This document shows, one piece after another, positions 38,072 through 47,161 of a stretch of DNA of 64,000 nucleotides; the stretch's first letter is position 1; every line of letters begins with the position of its first letter. The stretch comes from Candidatus Iainarchaeum sp. (GTDB taxonomy: Archaea; Iainarchaeota; Iainarchaeia; Iainarchaeales; UBA10191), in NCBI GenBank assembly GCA_030649735.1, contig JAUSFL010000008.1, forward strand, positions 32,001 to 96,000, given 5' to 3'. The position numbers were made by a program, and so were the translations under genes. Below the pieces are notes generated by a model, which was given only the letters and a program-made list of their open reading frames with translations, was not told the origin of the DNA and searched no databases.

Positions 38072-39391
38072 ATGAAAAGGCAAAAAAGCCGGGATTCTGG
38101 ATTTTTAGGGCGCCTGGACAAGGGATTGTTCATTGTCTTGCTCGCTGCCTTGGCTGGAATAGTGCTTTTGCAGGCAATGGCAAACATTTCTTCAGACTCT
38201 GTTGATTATTATGCCATTTTGCAGAAGACAGTCAGCAGCCCCTCGCAAGCCCCAATTGTTGCAAACCTTCATTTTATGGGGCAGCGGTTTCCTGGCTATC
38301 CATTAACTGCCTTGATTCCTTACGCTTTTGCCGCATTTTTTATCGGCCCTTTTGTTGAAAAGCAGGCAATAATTGACGTGCCCAAGTTTCAAAATCAAGG
38401 CATTGGGAATGAAGGCCAGCCGAAAGAGTTGATTCCAAGCAGGCCTTTGCCAATTTTTGCAATTTTTTTCAAGGAAATAACAATCAAGCCGCAGAATGGA
38501 TTGTTTGACTGGAAGATTGCGTTTGCATTGCTTTTCACAAGCTTTGCGCTCTTGTTTTTGGGAATTTTCTTCATTGCAAAAACCCTGCTTAAAGAAAAAG
38601 CAGGGAGCATTGCAGGAATTTCATTGGCTGCAATTGCGGTTTTCTTGTCCCCAAGCCTAATGCAGAATGCGATTCAGACCCCAATGTACGCAACGCTTGC
38701 AGCCTTTGGATTCTCGGCAATTTTCGCTTACTTTTTCATCAATGCATTCAGGCAGTATTCTGCAAGGAACGCGTTTTTTGCAGGAATCTTCCTTGGCGCT
38801 TTGGCAATAACCCGGCTTGAAGGATTTGTGTTTTTGATTGTTATTGCAGTAATGCTTGCGCTTTGGGAAAAGATTGATCTTTTGAAAAACTTGCTTTTGG
38901 GTCTTGCTCCTTTTGTAATTATTTTGCTCGCGTATAATTTTGCAATGTTTGGCAATGCATTTCATTTTGGCTTTCTGGCTGGAGACATTAATAAGATTGG
39001 ATTTGACATTGGCTACGCGTTCGCAAACCTTGCAAACCCCGCATCAGGAATTTTGTTTTATTCGCCAATTGTTGTTTTGGGAATTGCCGGGCTTTTTTTG
39101 AGCCGCAAAAAGCATTTTGAAATTTTGGGGCTTTGTGCAATTGCATTGATTGTTTTGATGCTTTTCAGGATTCCTGTAATGTACTCTTGCACTGGAGAGA
39201 ACGTAATTATTGGCGGAGTTGACGTTGGCTGCGCCAGCACTGAAATGCAAAAGCTTGCTTTGGTCCAGTCTGACGCAAATAGGTACGTGACTGTGCTGAT
39301 TCCTTTCGCGGTTTTTGGAATCCGCGAATTGATCGCCGCAATTTTCAGAAAAAGGGGGAAGAGAAAGAATGAAGCTTGGCTTTCTTCATGA
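38072..39391 (+). CDS. Multi-pass membrane protein, GT-C/PMT-like glycosyltransferase candidate
   Basis: SDSVDYY after TM1, PGYP, TRLEG, YN..FG, G.LFYSP, RY..VLIP. Confidence 0.6.
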   Translation: MKRQKSRDSGFLGRLDKGLFIVLLAALAGIVLLQAMANISSDSVDYYAILQKTVSSPSQAPIVANLHFMGQRFPGYPLTALIPYAFAAFFIGPFVEKQAIIDVPKFQNQGIGNEGQPKELIPSRPLPIFAIFFKEITIKPQNGLFDWKIAFALLFTSFALLFLGIFFIAKTLLKEKAGSIAGISLAAIAVFLSPSLMQNAIQTPMYATLAAFGFSAIFAYFFINAFRQYSARNAFFAGIFLGALAITRLEGFVFLIVIAVMLALWEKIDLLKNLLLGLAPFVIILLAYNFAMFGNAFHFGFLAGDINKIGFDIGYAFANLANPASGILFYSPIVVLGIAGLFLSRKKHFEILGLCAIALIVLMLFRIPVMYSCTGENVIIGGVDVGCASTEMQKLALVQSDANRYVTVLIPFAVFGIRELIAAIFRKRGKRKNEAWLSS

Positions 39392-39860
39392 ATTGTGGAA
39401 AAGGATTCTGCAGGCAAAAATTCAATTCCTGGCTTCAATAATCCTTGGGTTGATTTCAGTCGCCTTGGGAATTATTGCATGGACTGCCTTTGGCTCTGAT
39501 GAATTTGCGAGGTTGAACTTGCTTGCAATTGTCGCAATTATCGGGTTAATTGGATTGCTGGTTCCTGTGTGGGTTGGTTTTGATTTGAGGAAGAAAGGCG
39601 CTTCTTTTTGGTATGCTGCGATTGTTGGAGCGACTGTTTCCGGAGTTGCCGGAACTTTGATTGGCGCCTTGAACTTGCTAATTATTGCTCCATTGGCTCC
39701 TGCTTTCTCGCAGCCTTTTGGGCCTAGTGCTTTGGCTTTTGGAGCCTTTAGCACTGGCTTTGGCTTTGAAGGATTCTTGATTGGAAGAACTGTTGCTTCC
39801 ATTGCAGGAGCATTGCTTGCATTGCTTGGCGCTTTGCTTTCAAATTTTTCTAAAAAATAG
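39369..39860 (+). CDS. Small Gly/Ala-rich 4-TM membrane protein
   Basis: Four hydrophobic segments; overlaps the upstream gene end. Confidence 0.65.
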   Translation: MKLGFLHELWKRILQAKIQFLASIILGLISVALGIIAWTAFGSDEFARLNLLAIVAIIGLIGLLVPVWVGFDLRKKGASFWYAAIVGATVSGVAGTLIGALNLLIIAPLAPAFSQPFGPSALAFGAFSTGFGFEGFLIGRTVASIAGALLALLGALLSNFSKK

Positions 39861-39933
39861 CATTAATTTTTCTTTTTCTTTTTTCGTTTATATTTCCAAA
39901 AAGCTTAATAGCCTGAATTTGCTTATTTCAATT

Positions 39934-40494
39934 ATGCCTAGAGAACCGCCGAAAAGGCCTGAAAGGCCTGGAAGAGGATTTCCTGAAGAAGATCCAATGT
40001 CTGTCAGGCGCAAAGTTGTTGAACGGGCAGCCAAGCAAAGGGAAATTGCAAAAGAAAAAGGCGCTCAGGAACTTTTGAAAAAAAGTCGCCTTAGGCATTG
40101 CCAGGCCGGAGGTTTTATTGACTTGAATCCACGCACTGAAAAGGGAATTTTTTTGCGCTTGTTTGTTAAGGGAAAAAAGGGAAAATTGCAGAGAGTTGTA
40201 GTGCAGCCTGGAGTGCAAAAATTCAAGTTTTTGGAGGACACAGTCCATAATTTGAAGCGCGAGCTTTCCCATTATGGCCGGGTTTTGAATTCTGAAAATT
40301 CGGAAATAACTCTTTACGGCCAGAGAAACATGATGTCTTTTGTTCAAAAAGGCCCAAAGCTAGGGGTTGTGAAAATAATTGTCGAGGCCTTTCCTTTTTT
40401 CAAGTTCACTGAGGCAACAAGCCTTTTCTTTGACAGAAAAGGAGATTTGATTATAGAGCACATTCAAAGCCCTTGGGAAGAGCCAAAAAAATAA
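39934..40494 (+). CDS. Basic hypothetical protein
   Basis: ATG ~24 nt after a TATA-like CTTAATA; Pro/Arg-rich N-terminus. Confidence 0.65.
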   Translation: MPREPPKRPERPGRGFPEEDPMSVRRKVVERAAKQREIAKEKGAQELLKKSRLRHCQAGGFIDLNPRTEKGIFLRLFVKGKKGKLQRVVVQPGVQKFKFLEDTVHNLKRELSHYGRVLNSENSEITLYGQRNMMSFVQKGPKLGVVKIIVEAFPFFKFTEATSLFFDRKGDLIIEHIQSPWEEPKK

Positions 40495-40524
40495 TTAGTT
40501 TTCTTTCAGTTCGATTTCAACGTG
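40495..40524 (-). pseudogene. Orphan copy of the rps10 3' end (HVEIELKEN*)
   Basis: CAC GTT GAA ATC GAA CTG AAA GAA AAC TAA encodes the same last 9 aa as rps10. Confidence 0.85.
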
Positions 40525-40585
40525 ACTGGTACTGGAAATAGTTCTATTTCTTTAGTTATTAAAAAAAAAATAAAAATTGCCCGGA

Positions 40586-41242
40586 TTATGCGGGCAATTG
40601 CGGAGCATTTGGAACTATTGGAGTTCCGGAAAGCTGGCAATCTGAAGTAACCCTTGCAACAAAGGTCATTCCAACCATAGTTTGAGTCAATTTATCCGCA
40701 GATACTGCTCCATTAGTAACTGCGTTATTTCCCCAAGATTGAGTTTCAGGATACCATGCGTAAACTCCTTGCAAAGTGCAATTTTTGAAAAAATCATTCA
40801 AGTTCAATCCACTGTTGACCATTGCTTGAGTAATGCTCAGAAAATTCCAGCCTTTGAAAAGCTTTTTTTCTAAAAAACTACTACTATTTGAATAATCTGT
40901 GTTTATAGTCAATGTTATTGGACTTGAAAAATACATCCAAGTACCGGTTCCGACTTCATTTGGGATTAAATAACTGTCATTAGAATATAGGTTACTTGGT
41001 AATGATGTGCCATTAACACTTCCATTGACAGTTAAGCTGCCGCCATAATATTTGTTGTCAAGAGGAGAATATACCCAAACGTACTTCGCATTCCCAAATA
41101 CTTTGCTATCATTAATCTGCCCAGCACTTGTTCCGCCTGGAATAATATTCCAACCAGAGTAAATCTTAAGATCTTGCATTGCTGCGGATCCAAAACTCGC
41201 AAGCATAAGCAGAACTGCACTAATCAATAGTATTTTTTTCAT
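40586..41242 (-). CDS. Secreted hypothetical protein
   Basis: Signal peptide; repeated GWN motif (YSGWNII, FKGWNFL); ends VPNAPQLPA. Confidence 0.8.
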   Translation of the reverse strand: MKKILLISAVLLMLASFGSAAMQDLKIYSGWNIIPGGTSAGQINDSKVFGNAKYVWVYSPLDNKYYGGSLTVNGSVNGTSLPSNLYSNDSYLIPNEVGTGTWMYFSSPITLTINTDYSNSSSFLEKKLFKGWNFLSITQAMVNSGLNLNDFFKNCTLQGVYAWYPETQSWGNNAVTNGAVSADKLTQTMVGMTFVARVTSDCQLSGTPIVPNAPQLPA

Positions 41243-41259
41243 TCTTCAAAACCTCCAAG

Positions 41260-41460
41260 TTATGCCGGCAATGCTGGCGGTTGTGGAACTGCAGCATTTG
41301 CGTTATTGTTTGCTCCGTTATCTTCCGGCAGTGCTGGAGGACTTGGAACATTATTGTTTGAGTTATTATTGTTAATTGGGTTTGTTTGAGTGCAGCCAAA
41401 CAACAAAACGCTTGAACTAACCAAAACCAACAAGATTAGAATAGAAATTTTAGAATTCAT
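41260..41460 (-). CDS. Small Asn/Pro-rich lipoprotein
   Basis: LLFGC lipobox; VPSPPALPE and VPQPPALPA repeats. Confidence 0.7.
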   Translation of the reverse strand: MNSKISILILLVLVSSSVLLFGCTQTNPINNNNSNNNVPSPPALPEDNGANNNANAAVPQPPALPA

Positions 41461-41530
41461 TTAGGATTCAGCTTTAAAGTAGTATAATACTGTTTTTGCG
41501 GGTTTAAGAAATTTGAATAAAGGACTAGAA

Positions 41531-41845
41531 CTAATTCTCCTTAAGCTCTATTTCAACGTGCACTGATTCCGGGATTTCAACGCGCATTATGTGCCTTAAA
41601 GTCCTTTCGTCGGCTTCAATGTCAATTAGCCTTTTGTGCACTCGCATGTGCCATCTTTCGTAGCTTTCAGTTCCGCCACCGTTGGGGGATTTTCTGCATG
41701 CAATGACCATTTTTTTTGTAGGGAGTGGAATGATTCCAGAATGTTTGACTCCTGTTCGTTTTGCAACTTCAGTGATTTGGTTGCAGATGTCTGTCAACTG
41801 CTTGAAGTCAGTGCAGCTTAATTTTATTCTTGCTTTCTGTGTCAT
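41531..41845 (-). CDS. rps10: 30S ribosomal protein uS10
   Basis: ARIKL, IPLPTK, RKSP.G.G, RVHKRLID. Confidence 0.97.
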   Translation of the reverse strand: MTQKARIKLSCTDFKQLTDICNQITEVAKRTGVKHSGIIPLPTKKMVIACRKSPNGGGTESYERWHMRVHKRLIDIEADERTLRHIMRVEIPESVHVEIELKEN

Positions 41846-41887
41846 TCTGGCTCACCAAGTAAAAAAAATAAATTGAAAAAGCAATTT

Positions 41888-43156
41888 TCATTGCTTTTTC
41901 GTTATGCTGAGGATTATTCCTGCAGCGACTGTAGCTCCCATGTCTCTAACCGCAAATCTTCCAAGCTGCGGGAATTCCTTGAAGGTTTCAACGCAGATTG
42001 GCCTTGTTGGAGTTATTTTCACTATTGCAGCGTCGCCGGTTTTCAAAAACTTTGGGTTTTCTTCCTTGATTTGCCCTGTTTTTGGATCGAGCTTTTTTTG
42101 CAATTCGCTGAAAACACAACTTAATTGTGCAGTGTGCATGTGGAATACTGGAGTGTAGTTAATTGGGATTGCCGTTGGATGGTTCAATACTACAATTTGT
42201 GCTGTGAAGTCTTTTGCGACTGTTGGCACATTGCTTGGATGTCCTACAACGTCTCCTCTGGCTATTTCGTTTTTTGCGACTCCGCGAACATTAAATCCGA
42301 CATTGTCTCCAGGGATTGCCTGTGCCAATTGCTCGTGGTGCGCTTCAACGCTTTTTACTTCTCCAGTCTTGTTGGATGGCATGAAGACTACTGTGTCGCC
42401 TGGCTTTAAGATTCCAGTTTCGACTCTTCCTACAGGCACTGTTCCAACTCCTTTGATGTTGTAAACGTCCTGTATTGGCAGCCTTAAAGGCTTGTCTGTT
42501 GGAGGGCTTGGGGCATTCAAATTGTCCAATGCTTCAACCAGTGTTTCGCCTTTAAACCATGCAAGTTTTTCTGATTTTTTGTTTACATTGTCTCCAATGA
42601 ATGCAGACAATGGAATTAATTTGAATTGCTCTGGCTTGAATCCTACTCCAGTGAGCATTTTTGTCATTTCGTCCTTGACTTCGTTAAAGCGTGCTTCTTG
42701 GTATCCGACTTCGTCCATTTTGTTGATTGCGACAATCAATTGGCTTAGTCCTAATACTTTTGACAAGAACGCGTGCTCTTTTGTTTGTGGCTGCGGACCT
42801 TCTTTGGCTGCTACAACAAGCACTGCTGCATCTGCCTGGCTTGTTCCGGTAATCATGTTTTTGACAAAGTCTTTGTGCCCTGGAGCGTCAATTATTGTGA
42901 AAGTGTTCTTTTTTCCTTCAAACTTTCTGTAAGCTACGTCAATGGTTACTCCGCGTTCTCTTTCTTCCTTTAACTGGTCCATTGCGTATGCAAAGGCAAA
43001 GGTTCCTTTTCCCCTTGATTCTGCTTCTTCCTTCAATTTTCTGTACTCTTGTTCTGATAAAGAGCCAGTATCGTACAGTGTTCTTCCGACCAAGGTAGAC
43101 TTGCCGTGATCGACGTGTCCTATAAAGACCAAGTTAATGTGTGGTTTTACTGCCAT
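41888..43156 (-). CDS. tuf: Elongation factor EF-1alpha
   Basis: [25 protein letters not shown]. Confidence 0.98.
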   Translation of the reverse strand: MAVKPHINLVFIGHVDHGKSTLVGRTLYDTGSLSEQEYRKLKEEAESRGKGTFAFAYAMDQLKEERERGVTIDVAYRKFEGKKNTFTIIDAPGHKDFVKNMITGTSQADAAVLVVAAKEGPQPQTKEHAFLSKVLGLSQLIVAINKMDEVGYQEARFNEVKDEMTKMLTGVGFKPEQFKLIPLSAFIGDNVNKKSEKLAWFKGETLVEALDNLNAPSPPTDKPLRLPIQDVYNIKGVGTVPVGRVETGILKPGDTVVFMPSNKTGEVKSVEAHHEQLAQAIPGDNVGFNVRGVAKNEIARGDVVGHPSNVPTVAKDFTAQIVVLNHPTAIPINYTPVFHMHTAQLSCVFSELQKKLDPKTGQIKEENPKFLKTGDAAIVKITPTRPICVETFKEFPQLGRFAVRDMGATVAAGIILSITKKQ

Positions 43157-43298
43157 ATATAATTCCTCCAAAAACCCTCCGATTAAAGGCTGGTTATAAA
43201 ATTCGCGAAATTATAGCCTTTTGACGCGTTTTGTTATCATAATTTTTAAGCGAATTGTTTAAATACCTCACCGGTTATGTTTAACTTTTGGTTTTTTT

Positions 43299-45494
43299 TT
43301 ATTCCATCCAAAAGCTTGCTGGCTTTACTTCAGGATCCATTGCTTTTCTTTTCCTGATTTCAGTCACTGTTTGCTTTTGCAGTTCTTTAGGAAGCCTTTC
43401 AAAACCGCAGTATTCTGCAGTCCAAATCGCCCGGCCTTCAGTTGCAGAGCGGATTGTTCCTGAAAACCCAATCAATTCTTTCACTGGGGCTTTTGCAATG
43501 ATTATTGCAACATCGCCTTCGTTCCTGATTTCAGTGATTTGGGTTCTTTTATTCCCTAATTCTTTTGTTGCTGCGCCCATGAAGTTTTCAGGCACATTGA
43601 TTGTAAGAATTTGCTTTGGCTCTAAAAGCGCCGGGTCTGCAAGCATCATTGCCGCAAAAATTGCCCTTCCAACTGCTGGAAGAACTTGTGCTGGGCCCCT
43701 GTGGATTGCGTCCTCGTGCAGTGTTGCGTCTTCCAAGTATACTTTGACTCCCATGCATTTTTCCTTTGCCAATGGGCCTGCGTCCATTGTTTCCTGGAAT
43801 GATTGGATGATTAATTCTTTGACTTCATTCAACGCCTGTATTCCGCGGGTTGAATCAACTAGAATGCTGTTGTTGTGGATGCACCATGTTTTCTTGCTTT
43901 CATCGCGGTTAAAGCCCATGTTGATTAATTTTTCAATAATGTCCTTGTCTTTTAAATCGCGAATTTTCAAGTCCAATTTGCTTTCCATTAATTTTTCAAG
44001 CAGTTCTCCTTGTATTGGCTCTACTGAAAGCTTGAACTTGTTGTGCTTGTTGGGAGACTTGCCTTCAACTGTTGGAGAAGTTCCCGCAATTGTTTCCCTG
44101 TAAACTACAATCGGGTTTCCCACAATTATTTGAATCTTGTGGTCTGTTTCAATCCTGTACCTGGTTACTTCCAAGTGCAGTTCTCCCATTCCTGAAATCA
44201 AGTGCTCTCCGGTTTCCTGGTTCAGGCTTGCTTTCACATTAGGGTCTTCTTTGGAAATTTGATGGATTACTTCAATTAATTTTGGCAAATCCTTTGTGTT
44301 TTTTGGCTCCACGCTGATTGTCATGACTGGCTCAGCATTGCTCATGAAGCTTTCGAATTCCTTGATTTTTTTCGAGCTTACTGTCTCTCCAGAGTAAATG
44401 TCCCTTGCGCCAATAATGCTTGCGATGTTTCCTGCGGGAATTTCATCGACAGTGACTCTTTCAGGCCCCATCATTACGGCAACCTGCTGTATTACGACTT
44501 CTTTCTGGCTTCCAATCAAGTACACTTTAGTCCCTTTCTTTACAGTGCCTGAGTAAAGCCTTCCAGTGGCTACGTCGCCTGCGTGAGGGTCTACTGAAAC
44601 ATCATTGATCATCATTGCGACTACGCCTTTAGGGTCGCATGTAAGCATTGCCTGTCCTTCTTCGCTTTCCACTTCTCCGCCCCAAATTTTTAGAATCCTG
44701 TACTTTTGCGATTCTAGCGGGGAAGGCAAGTGCTTTGCAACCATTCCTAAAATTGCAACGTGCAGTGGGCTTTTTTGCGCCAATTCTTTTTGCTTTCCTT
44801 CCTTGCAGTAATTGTAAACGTCCTTGAATGTGATTCCGTTCTTTTTCATTGAGTCAGTGTTTAGTGCCCAGTTGTTGTAAGCGCTTCCGAAAGTCACGCT
44901 TCCATCCTGAACTTTAACCAGCCATTTGTCCCCGAATCTTTCAGGACTGTTTTTTTGAATTAGCTTGTTCACTTGAGTAATTGTCTTGACAAAGCGTTCT
45001 TGCATTTGCTCTTCAGTAACTTGCAGTTCATTGAACAAGCGATCAACCTTGTTGATGAACAGCACTGGCTTTACGTTTTCTTTCAATGCCTGCCTTACGA
45101 CTGTTTCAGTCTGCGGCATTACGCCTTCAACTGCATCAACAACTAGAATTACTCCGTCAACTGCGCGCATGGCCCTGATTACTTCTCCGCCAAAGTCAAT
45201 GTGTCCCGGAGTGTCAATGACATTGATCAAGTATTCTTTTCCTTCAATGTTTTGCACTAGGCTGATGTTTGCCGCGTTGATTGTGATTCCGCGGGCCTGC
45301 TCGAGCTCGTAATAGTCCATGAAGCATTGCTTTCCGGACAGCTCTTCGCTGATTAGGCCGGCTGCGGCAACCAGATTGTCTGTCATTGTGGTTTTTCCAT
45401 GGTCAATGTGCGCGACAATTCCGATATTCCTGATTGTTTCGCGAGTGTTCATTAACTTTGTTGCCATTTCGACAATCTGCTCTTTCTTTACCAT
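43299..45494 (-). CDS. fusA: Elongation factor EF-2
   Basis: AHIDHGKTT, DTPGH, NKVD, HEDAIHRG diphthamide loop. Confidence 0.98.
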   Translation of the reverse strand: MVKKEQIVEMATKLMNTRETIRNIGIVAHIDHGKTTMTDNLVAAAGLISEELSGKQCFMDYYELEQARGITINAANISLVQNIEGKEYLINVIDTPGHIDFGGEVIRAMRAVDGVILVVDAVEGVMPQTETVVRQALKENVKPVLFINKVDRLFNELQVTEEQMQERFVKTITQVNKLIQKNSPERFGDKWLVKVQDGSVTFGSAYNNWALNTDSMKKNGITFKDVYNYCKEGKQKELAQKSPLHVAILGMVAKHLPSPLESQKYRILKIWGGEVESEEGQAMLTCDPKGVVAMMINDVSVDPHAGDVATGRLYSGTVKKGTKVYLIGSQKEVVIQQVAVMMGPERVTVDEIPAGNIASIIGARDIYSGETVSSKKIKEFESFMSNAEPVMTISVEPKNTKDLPKLIEVIHQISKEDPNVKASLNQETGEHLISGMGELHLEVTRYRIETDHKIQIIVGNPIVVYRETIAGTSPTVEGKSPNKHNKFKLSVEPIQGELLEKLMESKLDLKIRDLKDKDIIEKLINMGFNRDESKKTWCIHNNSILVDSTRGIQALNEVKELIIQSFQETMDAGPLAKEKCMGVKVYLEDATLHEDAIHRGPAQVLPAVGRAIFAAMMLADPALLEPKQILTINVPENFMGAATKELGNKRTQITEIRNEGDVAIIIAKAPVKELIGFSGTIRSATEGRAIWTAEYCGFERLPKELQKQTVTEIRKRKAMDPEVKPASFWME

Positions 45495-45523
45495 TTGAAA
45501 CCATTCCTTTTAATTAGAATTCA

Positions 45524-46297
45524 TCAGCGTGAAGACTTGGCGATTCTTTCAATCTCGTCTCTTCTTTTAATGCTGAAGCTTTGAGGGTCTTCCTTGCTTG
45601 CAAGGACCAGTTCTTTTGCGAGCGCTTCAGAAGCCGATGTCTTGTTGTTGAAGCTTTGCGCAAATCCCGCGATTGCGATGTTTTTGAGGCTTTCGTCAAT
45701 TCTTTTGATTGGCGCAATGTCCACTGCCTGCGAGTATGAAATTCCCCCGCGAGTCAACCTTGTAGTGTCTTCTCTTGGCGCTGCTCTTTCAATTGCCTTC
45801 ACAAGAATTTGCACTGGGTTTTCTTTTGTCTGGCTTTCGACAATTTCGAATGCTTTTTCAACAATTGCCATTGCCTGCTGTTTTTTTCCACAGCTTCCCC
45901 TTCCGCGAATGTATTTTCCTGAAAGCTTTCTTTTTCCCTGTCCAGAGCGCATTATTTTGTTTATCAGCCTTTCAACAATGCTGATTTTTGACTTTGCCAT
46001 TGCCTTATTTGAGTGCGAGCCGAAAGTGTGCGGGACTTTCTTGCTTTCAATGTCAATGTATTTTGCAAGCGAATAGTCTGTGATTTTGACTGTTCTAGGG
46101 TCCCATTTTCCAAAAATCAAGTGCGCTTTTGTCTTTCCTGCGGGCTCTTCAGCATGGTGTGCAGTATGGGCTGCTGTGGTAGTAGTAGTGTGCGTGGCGT
46201 GTGTTACAGCTGCTGCTGCCGGATGGCCTGCTACTGATGCCTGCACTGCGTGCTTTATACTGTGCGCTGGTGTGGTTGGTTCTGTCATAAAAATCAT
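45524..46297 (-). CDS. rps7: 30S ribosomal protein uS7 with His/Thr/Ala-rich N-terminal extension
   Basis: IVERLINK, ENPVQIL, APREDT, ERIAKSSR. Confidence 0.96.
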   Translation of the reverse strand: MIFMTEPTTPAHSIKHAVQASVAGHPAAAAVTHATHTTTTTAAHTAHHAEEPAGKTKAHLIFGKWDPRTVKITDYSLAKYIDIESKKVPHTFGSHSNKAMAKSKISIVERLINKIMRSGQGKRKLSGKYIRGRGSCGKKQQAMAIVEKAFEIVESQTKENPVQILVKAIERAAPREDTTRLTRGGISYSQAVDIAPIKRIDESLKNIAIAGFAQSFNNKTSASEALAKELVLASKEDPQSFSIKRRDEIERIAKSSR

Positions 46298-46720
46298 TCA
46301 TCTCTTGACTTTTTCTTTCTTGCCAGTCCTTAGCATTTCCAAGGCTTGGTTGTTAACGTGGGTTACGCGGTATTTTACTCCCCACTGCGATCCGTAAGGT
46401 CCGCCTTGGGCTCCGCCGACTCCTTCAACTATTACTTCATCGTGCTCGTCAATGAACTTGATTGCTCCGTCCCTTGGGGCAAAAGCCGTCAGTTGCTTTC
46501 CGTTCTTGATGAGCTGTACGCGCACGCATTTCATGATGCCGGAGTGGGGCTGCTTTTGGGTGACTCCTCTTTTTTCAGTCACGATTCCGCGTCCTTGCGG
46601 GCTTCCTTCAAGCAGGTTGTACTTTGCACCGAACATTTTTTTCTTGTATTTTCTGTGCTTTCTTTTCCACTTGTTGCGCTTTTTTTCAAGCTGCCTTGCT
46701 GCAAATTCTCCTGACGCCAT
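46298..46720 (-). CDS. rps12: 30S ribosomal protein uS12 (divergent)
   Basis: GEFAAR, KCVRVQLIKNGK, IDEHDEV. Confidence 0.96.
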   Translation of the reverse strand: MASGEFAARQLEKKRNKWKRKHRKYKKKMFGAKYNLLEGSPQGRGIVTEKRGVTQKQPHSGIMKCVRVQLIKNGKQLTAFAPRDGAIKFIDEHDEVIVEGVGGAQGGPYGSQWGVKYRVTHVNNQALEMLRTGKKEKVKR

Positions 46721-46733
46721 TTAATTCACCGTT

Positions 46734-47150
46734 TTACTTGATCCTGATTTCATCAATATCATATTCTCTTTTCACAATATCTTTTAATCTCTTCAGTTTT
46801 CCAATGTTGTTCAGCAATTTTCTCCTGTTTTCAGAGTCCATTGAAAGCAAAACAATTTTTTTTCCGCTGTCATTGCTTGAAATTTCAGAGTTTTCTATCT
46901 TAATTTCATTCAATGCCTTTTTAACAAAAGCGTTTGCGTCAGAACTGTACTCCATTAATTCAATGTTTTTTCCCATTCTTTCAGTCAATTCCTTGACTGT
47001 TTTCCCGTTTTTTCCGATTGCTTTCCCCAAATCCTTGCTTTCAATGAGGTAAGTGAGCTTGTTTTTTGAGATTACGCAGTCTTTTGCATTGACTCCGGAA
47101 ACGATTTCCAAGGCCTGCAAGTACCGCATTTCTTCATTTCCAAGCTTCAT
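46734..47150 (-). CDS. nusA: Transcription factor NusA (archaeal, KH)
   Basis: AKDC, GKAIGKNG; operon position. Confidence 0.93.
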   Translation of the reverse strand: MKLGNEEMRYLQALEIVSGVNAKDCVISKNKLTYLIESKDLGKAIGKNGKTVKELTERMGKNIELMEYSSDANAFVKKALNEIKIENSEISSNDSGKKIVLLSMDSENRRKLLNNIGKLKRLKDIVKREYDIDEIRIK

Positions 47151-47161
47151 TAAACATTCCT

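Larger units (their letters stand above)
40514..41560. mobile_element. ~1 kb islet inserted in the rps10 3' end, 11-bp direct repeat
   Basis: ATTTCAACGTG at 40514-40524 and 41550-41560; visibly AT-richer interior; no integrase. Confidence 0.65.

Noticed and set aside
40525-41549. IS, transposase or provirus as the cause of the islet
   Set aside because: No transposase, integrase or terminal inverted repeats seen
43690-43730. EF-2 diphthamide loop checked for loss
   Set aside because: Canonical HEDAIHRG is present
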